A stretch of 64,000 bases of DNA from Acidobacteriota bacterium (GTDB lineage Bacteria > Acidobacteriota > Blastocatellia > Pyrinomonadales > Pyrinomonadaceae), in assembly GCA_040005135.1 (NCBI GenBank), contig JBDTZO010000124.1:5121-69120 (forward strand), read 5' to 3'. The translations under genes were made by a program, and so were the position numbers. Shown here piece by piece: positions 30,865 to 40,599 of the stretch. The notes beneath the pieces are model-generated. The model did not search any database, had not been told where the DNA came from, and saw only the letters and a program-made list of their open reading frames with translations. The number at the start of each line of letters is the position of its first letter. Position 1 is the stretch's first letter.

Positions 30865-31806
30865 ATGGGATCCGAGCATAGTCACGGTGCTGTTGATCGG
30901 ACGAACCGACGATACGTTGCGCTCACATTCGCACTGGTTCTGACCGCGGTTTACACTGTCGCCGAATTCATCGGCGGCTGGCTTACGAATTCGCTTGCTT
31001 TGATCGCCGATGCCGGTCACATGCTCACGGACGTAGCGGCCCTCAGCCTGACACTCTTCGCTTTTTGGTTCGCAGCCCGGCCTGCGACCTCCCGCAAGAC
31101 CTACGGATACTATCGTCTCGAAATACTCGCAGCGTTCGTCAACGGCATAGCACTGGTACTGCTTTCGATCTGGGTTATTTACGAGGCGATTCTGCGATGG
31201 CAGGCCCCGCCGGAAGTTCGTGCGTTTGATATGACGCTGGTCGCGACGGGCGGACTGATCGTTAATATAATTGTCGCAAAGATACTGCACGCGGATCACA
31301 AGCACGACTTGAACATGCGAGGGGCCTTTCTGCACGTTCTCGGTGATCTACTTGGCTCTGTCGCCGCGATCACGGCAGGCCTGTTGATACTGGCGTTCGA
31401 CTGGTTATGGGCTGATGCCGTGTGCAGTATCCTGATCAGCGCAATTATCATCCTGGGTGCTTGGCGGCTTGTGTCTGAATCGGTCAACGTTCTGCTCGAG
31501 GGCACGCCGCGGCATATTGATCTCGCCGCAGTAAAAGAAGCGCTGATCGCTACCGACGGCGTGACCGGCGTTCACGACCTGCACGTTTGGACGATATCAT
31601 CCGGTATCGACGCTTTATCAGCCCATATCAATCACGAGGACAGGATCCGGCACTCGGACTTGCTCGCAATGATTCGGGATCGTTTGAGCACTCAATTTGC
31701 GATCGGCCATCTGACTATCCAGATGGAATCCGCGGATCATCAGAACGAGGCGGTCTACATTTGCGAAACGGGGACGAAGTGCTTCGAGCCTGCAAGGCCG
31801 CATTAG
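30865..31806 (+). CDS. Cation diffusion facilitator transporter (CzcD/ZitB-like)
   Basis: SLALIADAGHMLTDV, HVLGDLLGSV, VHDLHVWTISSG. Confidence 0.92.
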   Translation: MGSEHSHGAVDRTNRRYVALTFALVLTAVYTVAEFIGGWLTNSLALIADAGHMLTDVAALSLTLFAFWFAARPATSRKTYGYYRLEILAAFVNGIALVLLSIWVIYEAILRWQAPPEVRAFDMTLVATGGLIVNIIVAKILHADHKHDLNMRGAFLHVLGDLLGSVAAITAGLLILAFDWLWADAVCSILISAIIILGAWRLVSESVNVLLEGTPRHIDLAAVKEALIATDGVTGVHDLHVWTISSGIDALSAHINHEDRIRHSDLLAMIRDRLSTQFAIGHLTIQMESADHQNEAVYICETGTKCFEPARPH

Positions 31807-31812
31807 AGAAAT

Positions 31813-33081
31813 GTGATGCGGCTGATCGATCTCAAATACGGCCGAACGGCTGTTCCGTTCGAATATGACGAGGATCGTTTCGAGGTGCTCGGCCCGATCG
31901 CTCCAACGCGTGCCCTGACAGATGCTGAGATCGGCGCGAAATTCGATGATCCGATAGGCACTGAGCCGCTCGACAACATCGTTGCAACAGGCGAGACCGT
32001 CTTGATCGTCGTGCCGGATGCGACTCGCGAAATCGGATGCGGCCAGGTTGTCAATCTTATTGTCCGGCGCCTGATCGCGAACGGCATCAATTCGTTCGAC
32101 ATACGGATCATTTTTGCGACCGGCATTCATCGAAAGGTCACTGAGGTAGAAAGGGCGTCGATCCTGACGCCGTTCATCGCGCAGCGGATCAAGACGCTTG
32201 ACCACGAACCCCGCGACCTGTTGCGGATCGTGCGACTGGGCGAAACAACGGGTGGCTTGACGGTCGAGCTAAACCGAGCTCTCGTCGATCATGACCACGT
32301 CATACTAATTGGCGGAGCTTCGTTTCATTACTTTGCGGGGTTCACCGGTGGACGCAAGCTCATCTGCCCTGGTCTGGCGTCGTCGAGGACGGTTTCGGCG
32401 ACGCATAAGCTGGCATTCGACTGCGAGAAAATGGATCGGCGCGACGGCGTCGGAGCGGGACTGCTCGATGGCAACGCTGTTCACGAGTCTTTTGTGGAAG
32501 CAGCATCCAAGGCGGCACCTGGTTTCGCGATCACCACTATCGTCAATGATGCGGGCGAGATCGTCGACATATTTTGCGGCGACTGGATATCTTCTCATCG
32601 GGCGGCGTGTGATCAATACGCACTCGCAAACACGGTCGAGCTTACTGAAAAGCGACACTTCGTAGTCGTGAGCTGCGGCGGCTTTCCGCACGATATCAAC
32701 CTGATCCAAGCTCACAAAGCCCTCGACGCCGCATCGAAGGCGTGTGTCGACGGTGGCCGTATCGTCCTTTTGGCCGAATGCTCAGAGGGTCTCGGGCGAG
32801 ACGATTTCCTAGATTGGTTTTCTGCCGGTGACAGCGTGCAGCTTGCCCGCAACTTATGCGAAAAATACCAGGTCAACGGGCAAACAGCTCACAGCCTGCT
32901 TCGCAAGAACGAGAGGTTCGATGTCGGTGTAGTCACCTCGCTGCCAAGCGACATGATAAGAAAAATGCGGTTTCGGCCCGTTGATAGCCTTTCGTCCGAA
33001 ATTGAAAAAGCCGCTCGAAATGCGAGCGGCTATATCATTCCCAACGGTGCAAAGCTGAATTTTAATTTCAGCCGACCGTGA
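31813..33081 (+). CDS. LarA-like (DUF2088) nickel-pincer-dependent racemase/epimerase homolog
   Basis: ATGIHR and FHYFAGFTGGRKLICPGLAS blocks, which resemble LarA FFAGFSGGRK. The size is 422 aa. Confidence 0.75.
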   Translation: MMRLIDLKYGRTAVPFEYDEDRFEVLGPIAPTRALTDAEIGAKFDDPIGTEPLDNIVATGETVLIVVPDATREIGCGQVVNLIVRRLIANGINSFDIRIIFATGIHRKVTEVERASILTPFIAQRIKTLDHEPRDLLRIVRLGETTGGLTVELNRALVDHDHVILIGGASFHYFAGFTGGRKLICPGLASSRTVSATHKLAFDCEKMDRRDGVGAGLLDGNAVHESFVEAASKAAPGFAITTIVNDAGEIVDIFCGDWISSHRAACDQYALANTVELTEKRHFVVVSCGGFPHDINLIQAHKALDAASKACVDGGRIVLLAECSEGLGRDDFLDWFSAGDSVQLARNLCEKYQVNGQTAHSLLRKNERFDVGVVTSLPSDMIRKMRFRPVDSLSSEIEKAARNASGYIIPNGAKLNFNFSRP

Positions 33082-33586
33082 AAGTTCGAGCGATCGAATC
33101 AGTTTGATTCTGTATCGACCGAAGTTTGTCTTTCATACCGGTAAATCGCAAAACATATATGGTCGTGTCGTTGACACGCAAAAAATACATACGTCCGCTC
33201 ATCGGTCGGCCGGTCCGCACAAATTCGAAGTTAAAAACTATCCCGCGATGTTTTCCGGCGAAATTTTCCTCTTTTCCGCCAACATAACCGGGCAAAAACT
33301 GCAGTTTCTGTTCCTCATCGCGGATCGCGTCGGAAAGCAGCACCTCCTTTCTAGTGCTTATCTTTCGGACCTCAAGATGGCCATCGCTTCGGTCAATGTA
33401 GACGTATTCGACGTTAGGGCTGGTTTCGGACGGCTTCACGGTCATTTTCCATTTCGCATCCGGAAGTGTGAATGAATAGTCGACGCTAGGCGAACTGAAC
33501 GTTTCATTCTGCGCGCGTGCCGCTAACGCAGAAGCCGCAAATAACAATCCCAATATAAGTGCTGTCGATCCGTATCTTTTCATCAA
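33068..33586 (-). CDS. Hypothetical secreted protein
   Basis: Signal peptide (ALILGLLFAASALAARAQ). No family recognised. Confidence 0.55.
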   Translation of the reverse strand: MMKRYGSTALILGLLFAASALAARAQNETFSSPSVDYSFTLPDAKWKMTVKPSETSPNVEYVYIDRSDGHLEVRKISTRKEVLLSDAIRDEEQKLQFLPGYVGGKEENFAGKHRGIVFNFEFVRTGRPMSGRMYFLRVNDTTIYVLRFTGMKDKLRSIQNQTDSIARTFTVG

Positions 33587-33795
33587 GTGTATTTAGGCCG
33601 AGATCATGCTGCGCAATTTTATCCTATAATTGGTAGAACTGCGAGAGGTGTGATGTTCGCGCGCCTGATACTGTTGTCTGACGCCCGCCGTCCATGGTAG
33701 GACCGCTAGCGTAATTTTGTCGCCCTTTACGGCTTTTCCGTCGTCTAACTGTGCAGATGATACATTCACAATCAGCAACATTGGGGTACGAAATA

Positions 33796-35853
33796 ATGAA
33801 TTATAAAAGATCGATCGGACAAAAACTGGCCGTCTTCGTGATGGTGATGTCGTTTATGACTCCGCTCGCAGCTTTCGGTGCAAAGCCGCCGGCTGCCGTG
33901 AAACCGCTTACGGAAGACCAAAAGATATTGCACGTGCTCAACCGGCTCGGATTCGGTGCGCGGCCCGGAGACTTGGAAAGAGTCAAGGCGATCGGACTTC
34001 AGAAATATATCGAACAACAGCTCGATCCATCGTCTATTCCGGACCCGGTCGCTGAGAGCAAGGTAAAAAATATCGACATTTTCAATATGACGACCGCCGA
34101 AGTATTCGCCAAGTATCCAAATCCCGGAGCCCTGATCCGTCAGCTTGACGGCCAGAAGCGCGGAGCTGCCCCGGCAGCTGCAGTTGATCCCAATATGAAG
34201 GATATGCCGGCGGTCGCTGGGCAACCTGCCGTGGATCCGGCGGCAGCAAGCAAAGCCGAACAGCAGGAGCGTCGACAGCGTCTCGCTGAGCTCTATCGAG
34301 AATATGACCTAAAGCCCGCAGGGCAGCTCGTTCCTGAGATCGCGGCAAATCGTGTGTTGCGAGCTGTCTATTCTGAACGGCAGCTTCAAGAAGTGATGGT
34401 CGATTTTTGGCAGAACCATTTCAATGTATTTTCGGGCAAGGCGGCGGTGAAATGGTACATACCCAGTTATGAGCGTGATGTTTTACGCAAAAATGCTCTT
34501 GGCAATTTTAAGGATCTGCTTATCGGGACTGCACAGCATCCCGCAATGCTTTTCTTTTTAGATAATTTTCAGTCCGTTTCGCCTGATTCACAGGTCGCCG
34601 GCAAGAACGCCAAAAGCGGCCGGGTTCAGCAGTTGATCAAGGAAGGCGGTCAACTTCCACCGCAGGCACGCGAGCGTTTGAAACAGCTTTATCGGGTAAA
34701 TGACGCACAGCTCGATGCTCGGCTCAAGCAGATGCGCGAGGATCCGAAGGCAGCTGCCGCAAAAAATCGCCCGAGCCGCGGCATTAATGAAAACTATGCA
34801 CGCGAGCTGATGGAGCTGCACACGCTCGGCGTCGAAGGCGGCTACACGCAAAAAGATATTATCGAGGTAGCCAAGTGCTTTACCGGATGGACGATCTCCG
34901 ATCCGCAAGGTTACAGACGGGCGGCGGCGAGCATGATCCAGGGAAATGAGGACAAGCGTCTTGAAAGGCAGCAGCGGCAACAGGGCGTTCCAGACGAAGT
35001 CGACAGCGGCGAATTCTATTTCAACGCACGCTGGCATGAAAACGGACCCAAGACCGTGCTGGGCCAAACGGTCAATGAAGGCGGGATCAAGGACGGGCTA
35101 AAGGTCCTCGACATCCTGGTCAACAGCCAATCGACGGCAAAGTTTATCGCTCGAAAGCTCGCGGTCAAGTTCGTTAGCGACAACCCGAGTCCGGCTCTTG
35201 TGTCCCGCGTGGCCGACGCGTTTCATCGTTCGGGCGGCGATATCAAAACGACTCTTCGGGCCCTGTTCAGCGATAAGGAATTTTTCGCTCCAGAGAATTA
35301 TAAGGCAAAGATCAAAACGCCGTTCGAGCTTGCGATCAGTTCGATCCGGGCGGTCGGTGCCGATACGAATGGCGGCCCGCAACTATTGGCAATGCTGAAT
35401 AAGCTCGGCGAGGTCCCGTATGGCTATCAAGCACCAACCGGTTATCCCGATATGGCCGAGGACTGGGTGAACACAGGTGCTCTGCTAGAACGAATGAATT
35501 TTGCGATCGCTTTCGCAAGCAATCGTATCGCGGGTACAACGGTCAATCTTAAGGACTTCAGCGGCTCGGACCGTACACAGGTCCTCGATAAGGCGATCGC
35601 GACGATCCTCGACGGCGAAGTGTCGCCGTCGACCAAAGCGACTCTCGTCAGGCAGATCGAGCAGCCGCTGCCGGAGGCTAAGGCTGGAAAGCCGTTGACC
35701 GATACCTCGATGGTGGCGGCGAGTATGCAGCAGCCGGGCCCGAAAGGAAAAGGACAAAACCGCGACCCGAAATTGCTTAATCCGAGCGGTGATCCTGACG
35801 TTTTCAAGGCCGTGAGCCTTGTGCTCGGCACGCCCGAGTTTCAGCGGCAGTAA
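33796..35853 (+). CDS. DUF1800-family protein
   Basis: HVLNRLGFGARPGD, FWQNHFNV, ENYARELMELHTLGV. The start is set at MNYKRS, ahead of the signal peptide. Confidence 0.8.
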   Translation: MNYKRSIGQKLAVFVMVMSFMTPLAAFGAKPPAAVKPLTEDQKILHVLNRLGFGARPGDLERVKAIGLQKYIEQQLDPSSIPDPVAESKVKNIDIFNMTTAEVFAKYPNPGALIRQLDGQKRGAAPAAAVDPNMKDMPAVAGQPAVDPAAASKAEQQERRQRLAELYREYDLKPAGQLVPEIAANRVLRAVYSERQLQEVMVDFWQNHFNVFSGKAAVKWYIPSYERDVLRKNALGNFKDLLIGTAQHPAMLFFLDNFQSVSPDSQVAGKNAKSGRVQQLIKEGGQLPPQARERLKQLYRVNDAQLDARLKQMREDPKAAAAKNRPSRGINENYARELMELHTLGVEGGYTQKDIIEVAKCFTGWTISDPQGYRRAAASMIQGNEDKRLERQQRQQGVPDEVDSGEFYFNARWHENGPKTVLGQTVNEGGIKDGLKVLDILVNSQSTAKFIARKLAVKFVSDNPSPALVSRVADAFHRSGGDIKTTLRALFSDKEFFAPENYKAKIKTPFELAISSIRAVGADTNGGPQLLAMLNKLGEVPYGYQAPTGYPDMAEDWVNTGALLERMNFAIAFASNRIAGTTVNLKDFSGSDRTQVLDKAIATILDGEVSPSTKATLVRQIEQPLPEAKAGKPLTDTSMVAASMQQPGPKGKGQNRDPKLLNPSGDPDVFKAVSLVLGTPEFQRQ

Positions 35854-35866
35854 AATCCGCATTATG

Positions 35867-35915
35867 CGGGCCTCGGAATGACGTCACGCGTTCCGAGGCC
35901 CGCTGTTTTGTTTTT
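35867..35915 (+). terminator. Intrinsic terminator after the DUF1800 gene
   Basis: A 12 bp perfect stem, CGGGCCTCGGAA (35867-78) with TTCCGAGGCCCG (35891-902), followed by CTGTTTTGTTTTT. Confidence 0.65.
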
Positions 35916-35940
35916 CGGGCGTTCGGTTATAATCGATTGC

Positions 35941-36780
35941 TTGGACGCTGAACACACACACCCGACCCCGATCATCCACATACAGCCGCGAAGCTCATTC
36001 ATGGCACTAGGTCTGCGCGAGCTGTGGGCTTATCGCGAACTGCTATATTTCCTGACGCTTCGCGACATTAAGATCCGATATAAACAGACGGTCATCGGCG
36101 TTGCGTGGGTACTGCTGCAGCCGATAGTCACTACCGCGATCTTTACCGTGATCTTCAGCTCATGGGCTCGGTTTGACACCGGGACGACGCCATATCCGCT
36201 GTTTGCTTTGAGCGGGCTGACCATCTGGATCTTCACTTACGGATCGATCTCGATCGCTAGCAATAGCTTTGTCAACAACGTCAATCTTGTGACGAAGGTT
36301 TACTTTCCGAGGCTGATCGTTCCGTTTGCGGCAACCCTCGCCGGGCTGTTTGACCTCCTGTTTAGCGTGGCCATACTGATAATTTTGATGGCCTATTACG
36401 GCAGTGTGCCTTCTTTCAGCGTGATCCTCGCACCGCTGTTCATCTTGCTTGCGTTGATTCAAACGGCCGCTTTCGGCACGCTGCTGTCTGCTTTGAACGT
36501 CCGTTTCCGCGATATCAAATTTGCCGTTCCCTTTATTCTTCAGGTCTGGATGATTGCTTCGCCCATTTTCTACCCAGCGAGTTTGGTATCCGCAAAATGG
36601 CGTCTCGTCTTTGCTTTAAACCCGTTGACGGGAATTATCGACGGCTTTCGAAGCTCGCTTTTCGGTTTGCCATTCGATTGGCCTGTGATCGGCATCTCGT
36701 GTATTTCGGTCCTGATCTCGTGCATCGTCGCGCTTTCGGTCTTTAAGCGAATGGAGGATGATTTCGCGGATCTGGTTTAG
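35941..36780 (+). CDS. wzm: ABC-2 type polysaccharide exporter permease (Wzm)
   Basis: LRELWAYRELLYFLTLRDIKIRYKQTVIGVAWVLLQP and six TM segments. The track start at 35878 lies inside the upstream terminator stem-loop, so TTG 35941 or ATG 36001 is more likely. Confidence 0.75.
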   Translation: MDAEHTHPTPIIHIQPRSSFMALGLRELWAYRELLYFLTLRDIKIRYKQTVIGVAWVLLQPIVTTAIFTVIFSSWARFDTGTTPYPLFALSGLTIWIFTYGSISIASNSFVNNVNLVTKVYFPRLIVPFAATLAGLFDLLFSVAILIILMAYYGSVPSFSVILAPLFILLALIQTAAFGTLLSALNVRFRDIKFAVPFILQVWMIASPIFYPASLVSAKWRLVFALNPLTGIIDGFRSSLFGLPFDWPVIGISCISVLISCIVALSVFKRMEDDFADLV

Positions 36781-36782
36781 CC

Positions 36783-37988
36783 ATGCAAGTGATCAAAGCT
36801 GAACACTTATCTAAGGAGTACAAGCTCGGAGCCGCCAAGCAGGATTCCGTGCGCGATTCGCTGGCAGCGATCTTCGGACCGCGCTCAAACAAGAGCTCGG
36901 CGCCGATCCTGCGGGCGCTCGACGATATTAGTTTTACTGTGGGCCACGGCGAAACGATCGGTATTATTGGCCGAAACGGTGCGGGCAAATCGACGTTGCT
37001 AAAAATACTCTCGCGCATTACCAAACCAACGAGCGGAACGGCCGAGATACGCGGCCGGGTCGGAAGCCTTCTCGAGGTCGGGACTGGATTTCACAACGAG
37101 CTGACGGGCCGCGAAAATATATATCTGAACGGCGCGATCCTCGGAATGAAACACGCCGAGATCGACCGTAAATTCGACGAGATCGTTGATTTTTCAGAGG
37201 TCGAACGCTTCCTCGACACGCCGGTCAAGCATTATTCGAGCGGAATGTACATGCGTCTCGCCTTTTCTGTAGCCGCGCATCTCGACCCCGAGGTCTTGAT
37301 AGTAGACGAAGTGCTGGCGGTCGGCGACATGATGTTTCAGCAGAAATGCCTCGGCAAAATGGACGAGTTTGGACGCTCCGGCCGCACTGTATTATTTGTC
37401 AGCCACAATCTCGGCAGCCTGGCCCAGATCTGCAAGCGCGGCCTCCTGCTCGATGGCGGCAAATTGATCGCGGAGGGCGGGATCGACGAGACTATCAATA
37501 AGTACCTCAGTCTCGCGCGGTCGCAAAAACAATATTCGATCGCGGAGCTCGACGCGTCAAAATCAATGCAGATCACGGAGGCGTACGTCACCAACTCCGG
37601 CGGAGATATATCTGCTGAGATCGGACATGACGAGGACCTTTTCTTGAATTTTGCGGTACAGATTGCAGATCGAAAGCGCGGGGCGATGTTCTGCGTGGCG
37701 CTTTTGAACAAATACAAGGAACGCGTATTTACCGAGCACCGTCTTGTCGAGGATTTCGTCTCCGAAGGCGTCGATTCTGTCAGCCTTCGCTTTGGCATCC
37801 CGAGCGATTTTATTGCACCTAATAACTATTCGTTCCTTTTGCAGATCTTTTTGCCGACGGGCGAGATCATCGACAATAACATCGATATCTGTCCGATAAC
37901 CATCATCGACACGGGCTCGGAGCTAGCTATCTATAAGGACTATGGATACGTACAGGTCCGGTCAACGTGGGAAACTATTGTCAGATGA
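36783..37988 (+). CDS. wzt: Polysaccharide ABC exporter ATPase (Wzt) with an extra C-terminal domain
   Basis: GRNGAGKSTLLK (Walker A), YSSGMYMRLAFS (signature), LIVDEVLAVGD (Walker B), plus about 150 further residues. Confidence 0.9.
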   Translation: MQVIKAEHLSKEYKLGAAKQDSVRDSLAAIFGPRSNKSSAPILRALDDISFTVGHGETIGIIGRNGAGKSTLLKILSRITKPTSGTAEIRGRVGSLLEVGTGFHNELTGRENIYLNGAILGMKHAEIDRKFDEIVDFSEVERFLDTPVKHYSSGMYMRLAFSVAAHLDPEVLIVDEVLAVGDMMFQQKCLGKMDEFGRSGRTVLFVSHNLGSLAQICKRGLLLDGGKLIAEGGIDETINKYLSLARSQKQYSIAELDASKSMQITEAYVTNSGGDISAEIGHDEDLFLNFAVQIADRKRGAMFCVALLNKYKERVFTEHRLVEDFVSEGVDSVSLRFGIPSDFIAPNNYSFLLQIFLPTGEIIDNNIDICPITIIDTGSELAIYKDYGYVQVRSTWETIVR

Positions 37989-38001
37989 ACCGCTATTTTC
38001 C

Positions 38002-38730
38002 ATGAACGACCGGATCCGAAATGAGTTTATCGAAGTGCCGATGCGGCCGGGAACAATGTTTTACTACGTTCCGCGAACGGGTATTCTCCGCGCGGTGAGC
38101 GAGTCAGCCGACGTGTTTCACGGCGTTGTGCTCGACGTCGGTTGCGGCTTTATGCCATATCGCGAGATCGTTGAGTCGAATCCCAAGGTTACGAAATACG
38201 TTGGGATGGACCTCGAGGGATCTGAGTTGTACGGCCGCGTGGAGCCCGACTTGATCTGGAACGGGACCACGATCCCGATGCCCGACGGATCGGTTGACTG
38301 CATCATGGCGACGGAATTCCTGGAGCATCATTCCGATCCGGCACAGGTCTTGGCCGAATTTTACCGCGTTCTTGCCCCCGGCGGTTCGTTGTTCGCGACG
38401 GTTCCCTTTATATGGAATCTCCACGAGATACCCCACGACGAATATCGCTATACCCCTTTTTCGCTCAGCCGAATTATCGGTGATGCAGGATTTTCCGCGG
38501 TCACCGTCCGGGGGCTCGGCGGGTGGAACGCCTCAATGGCCCAAATGATCGGCCTTTGGATCACATTCGCGGGCATGCCGCCGCTGGTCCGGACAATTTT
38601 GAGGATAACGTTGTTTCCGGTCTTTGCAGCCCTCGTAAGAACGGATCGACGGCCTGAAAGTTTTGACGACAAGCAAAACTCTATGTTTACTGGACTCAGC
38701 GTGACCGCGGAAAAACAGCCCGTGATATGA
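38002..38730 (+). CDS. Class I SAM-dependent methyltransferase
   Basis: VLDVGCGFMPY (motif I) and LAPGGSLFATVP. The start is set at the first ATG after the wzt stop. Confidence 0.8.
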   Translation: MNDRIRNEFIEVPMRPGTMFYYVPRTGILRAVSESADVFHGVVLDVGCGFMPYREIVESNPKVTKYVGMDLEGSELYGRVEPDLIWNGTTIPMPDGSVDCIMATEFLEHHSDPAQVLAEFYRVLAPGGSLFATVPFIWNLHEIPHDEYRYTPFSLSRIIGDAGFSAVTVRGLGGWNASMAQMIGLWITFAGMPPLVRTILRITLFPVFAALVRTDRRPESFDDKQNSMFTGLSVTAEKQPVI

Positions 38731-39869
38731 AGCGGTTCCTGTTCATCGGACATGAGGCGACGCGCAGCGGTGCGCCGTTCGTGCTCCTTCATCTACTTCG
38801 CTGGATAAAAAAGCATCGGCCGGAATGCGAACTTGACCTGCTGCTGCTTGCCGGCGGCGAGCTAGAGCCCGAATATCGGAAGGTCGCGAATGTGCAATTA
38901 TTGAAACCTCCCAAACCTCGAAACATTGTCGCGAAAAAGATCCTCGGGATCCGTTCAAGGTTTGATGATGAACTACGTCTCGGCGTGTCCGGCCTTCCGC
39001 TTTTCCAGAACAAATACGACGTCGTGATCGGCAACACGGCGGTAACGCTTCGCCATTTGAGGCTGTTCAAACGTCGCGGATTTACGACTGCGGGCTGGAT
39101 GCATGAGCTCGATGGAGCACTCGAGTCGCTCGGGCTGGCGGCTGAATTCAGCGATCTCGCACAATTTGTCGATCGCTTTATCGTCGGTTCAAACGCCGTT
39201 GGAGACATGCTTCGCAGGCGCGGGATCTCGACGCAAGTCGACCGGATATATGAATTCTCGCCGCCGCTGTCCGAAGCGACGTTCGATCCTGCGGCGATCC
39301 GTGCCGAAATTGGCCTGTCGGCCGGGACGTTCGTGATCGGCGCCTGCGGCACGATCGAATATCGAAAAGGAACCGATCTCTTTGTCCGTTTGGCTGACCG
39401 GCTCAGATCCCATACCGACTTTCATTTCATTTGGGTCGGACGCTCGAACGGTGAGCAAGATCCGCTGTTCGCGGAAGTCGCCGAGATGATCGAACGGCTC
39501 CAACTCGGGGACCGATTGACCATACTTAAGGCGGCGGGAAGTTCGGAACGGTATCTCGCGGCGATCGATCTGTTTGTTCTGACCTCACGTGAAGACCCGT
39601 TCCCACTAGTGTGCCTTGACGCCGCAAACCTCGGCAAGCCCGTCATATGTTTTGCCGGCGCCGGTGGAATGGCCGAATTCGTTGGTAATGATGCCGGAGC
39701 GGTCGTACCTTTCGGAAATGTCGACGATATGGCTGCCAGCATCGAGCGGTTTTATCTTGACCCCTATGCCCGCAAACGTGCCGGGGACGTTGCTAAACAT
39801 AAGGCACAGACCGATTTCTCAGCCGAATTGTCCTGCTCAAAGCTATTCGCTGTCCTATCCGGTCTTTGA
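38727..39869 (+). CDS. Glycosyltransferase, GT4/GT-B family
   Basis: C-terminal SREDPFPLVCLDAANLGKPVICF (EX7E-like region). There is a 4 nt overlap with the upstream gene. Confidence 0.85.
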   Translation: MKRFLFIGHEATRSGAPFVLLHLLRWIKKHRPECELDLLLLAGGELEPEYRKVANVQLLKPPKPRNIVAKKILGIRSRFDDELRLGVSGLPLFQNKYDVVIGNTAVTLRHLRLFKRRGFTTAGWMHELDGALESLGLAAEFSDLAQFVDRFIVGSNAVGDMLRRRGISTQVDRIYEFSPPLSEATFDPAAIRAEIGLSAGTFVIGACGTIEYRKGTDLFVRLADRLRSHTDFHFIWVGRSNGEQDPLFAEVAEMIERLQLGDRLTILKAAGSSERYLAAIDLFVLTSREDPFPLVCLDAANLGKPVICFAGAGGMAEFVGNDAGAVVPFGNVDDMAASIERFYLDPYARKRAGDVAKHKAQTDFSAELSCSKLFAVLSGL

Positions 39870-39874
39870 CCGCT

Positions 39875-40582
39875 TCACTTGCGTCGGCCGATCGCAAAAA
39901 GCTTTACCAGGACCAATCCCGCAATAAATCCGCCGATATGTGCCGCGTATGCCACGCCGCCTTCGCCGGCCGGCGACAGGTAACCTAAAACGATCTGATA
40001 GACGATCCAAATGCCGATCGCGACAATGGCCGGGACGGTCGTGAGCATGTTAAATAGCAACGCCCGCACAGGCCGGTTCGGGAACATCAGGACATAACCA
40101 CCGAGCACACCCGAGATCGCCCCCGAAGCTCCGAGCATCGGAATGATCGAATCCGGAGACATTATGATCTGGGCAGCCGCCGCTGCGAACCCGCAAAGGA
40201 TGTAGAAGACGACGTAACGCACATGCCCGATCAAGTCCTCAATGTTGTCGCCAAATATCCACAGAAACAACATGTTGCCGCCGATATGCATGATATCGCC
40301 ATGCATAAACATCGAGCTGAGAAGATTGAAATAGACCGGCAGCGGCGTCGCGTAGTGCTGGACCTCGGCAGTTCGCCCAATTGAGTCGCGGATGATCTGA
40401 ATGCCGGTGATGTCGATGCCCGACGTGATCTCTTTGGGCACGAGCGAAAATGCGTACGTGAACGCCTCATTGCTGCCGAACCGCTGAAAGACCAAAAAGA
40501 CAAAGATATTGATAGCGATAAATGCGTAGTTGACCCAAGGCTGTGTTCGCCGGTCGCTGTCATCGTCGCTGATGGGAAACAT
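39875..40582 (-). CDS. Rhomboid-family intramembrane serine protease
   Basis: MFMHGDIMHIGGNMLFLW, GASGAISGVLGGY, AHIGGFIAG. Confidence 0.9.
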   Translation of the reverse strand: MFPISDDDSDRRTQPWVNYAFIAINIFVFLVFQRFGSNEAFTYAFSLVPKEITSGIDITGIQIIRDSIGRTAEVQHYATPLPVYFNLLSSMFMHGDIMHIGGNMLFLWIFGDNIEDLIGHVRYVVFYILCGFAAAAAQIIMSPDSIIPMLGASGAISGVLGGYVLMFPNRPVRALLFNMLTTVPAIVAIGIWIVYQIVLGYLSPAGEGGVAYAAHIGGFIAGLVLVKLFAIGRRK

Positions 40583-40599
40583 GTCTTCGTCCTCCTAAG

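Noticed and set aside
33593-33781. A 62 aa minus-strand ORF in the divergent spacer upstream of the DUF1800 gene.
   Set aside because: It has no SD and no motif, and it lies in a promoter-containing divergent intergenic region. It is probably spurious.
35878-35940. The ORF-track start (35878) for the wzm permease.
   Set aside because: That ATG lies inside the loop/stem of the strong terminator hairpin after the DUF1800 gene. The conserved Wzm N-terminus (..IQPRSSF..LRELWAYRELL) can be reached from TTG 35941 or ATG 36001.
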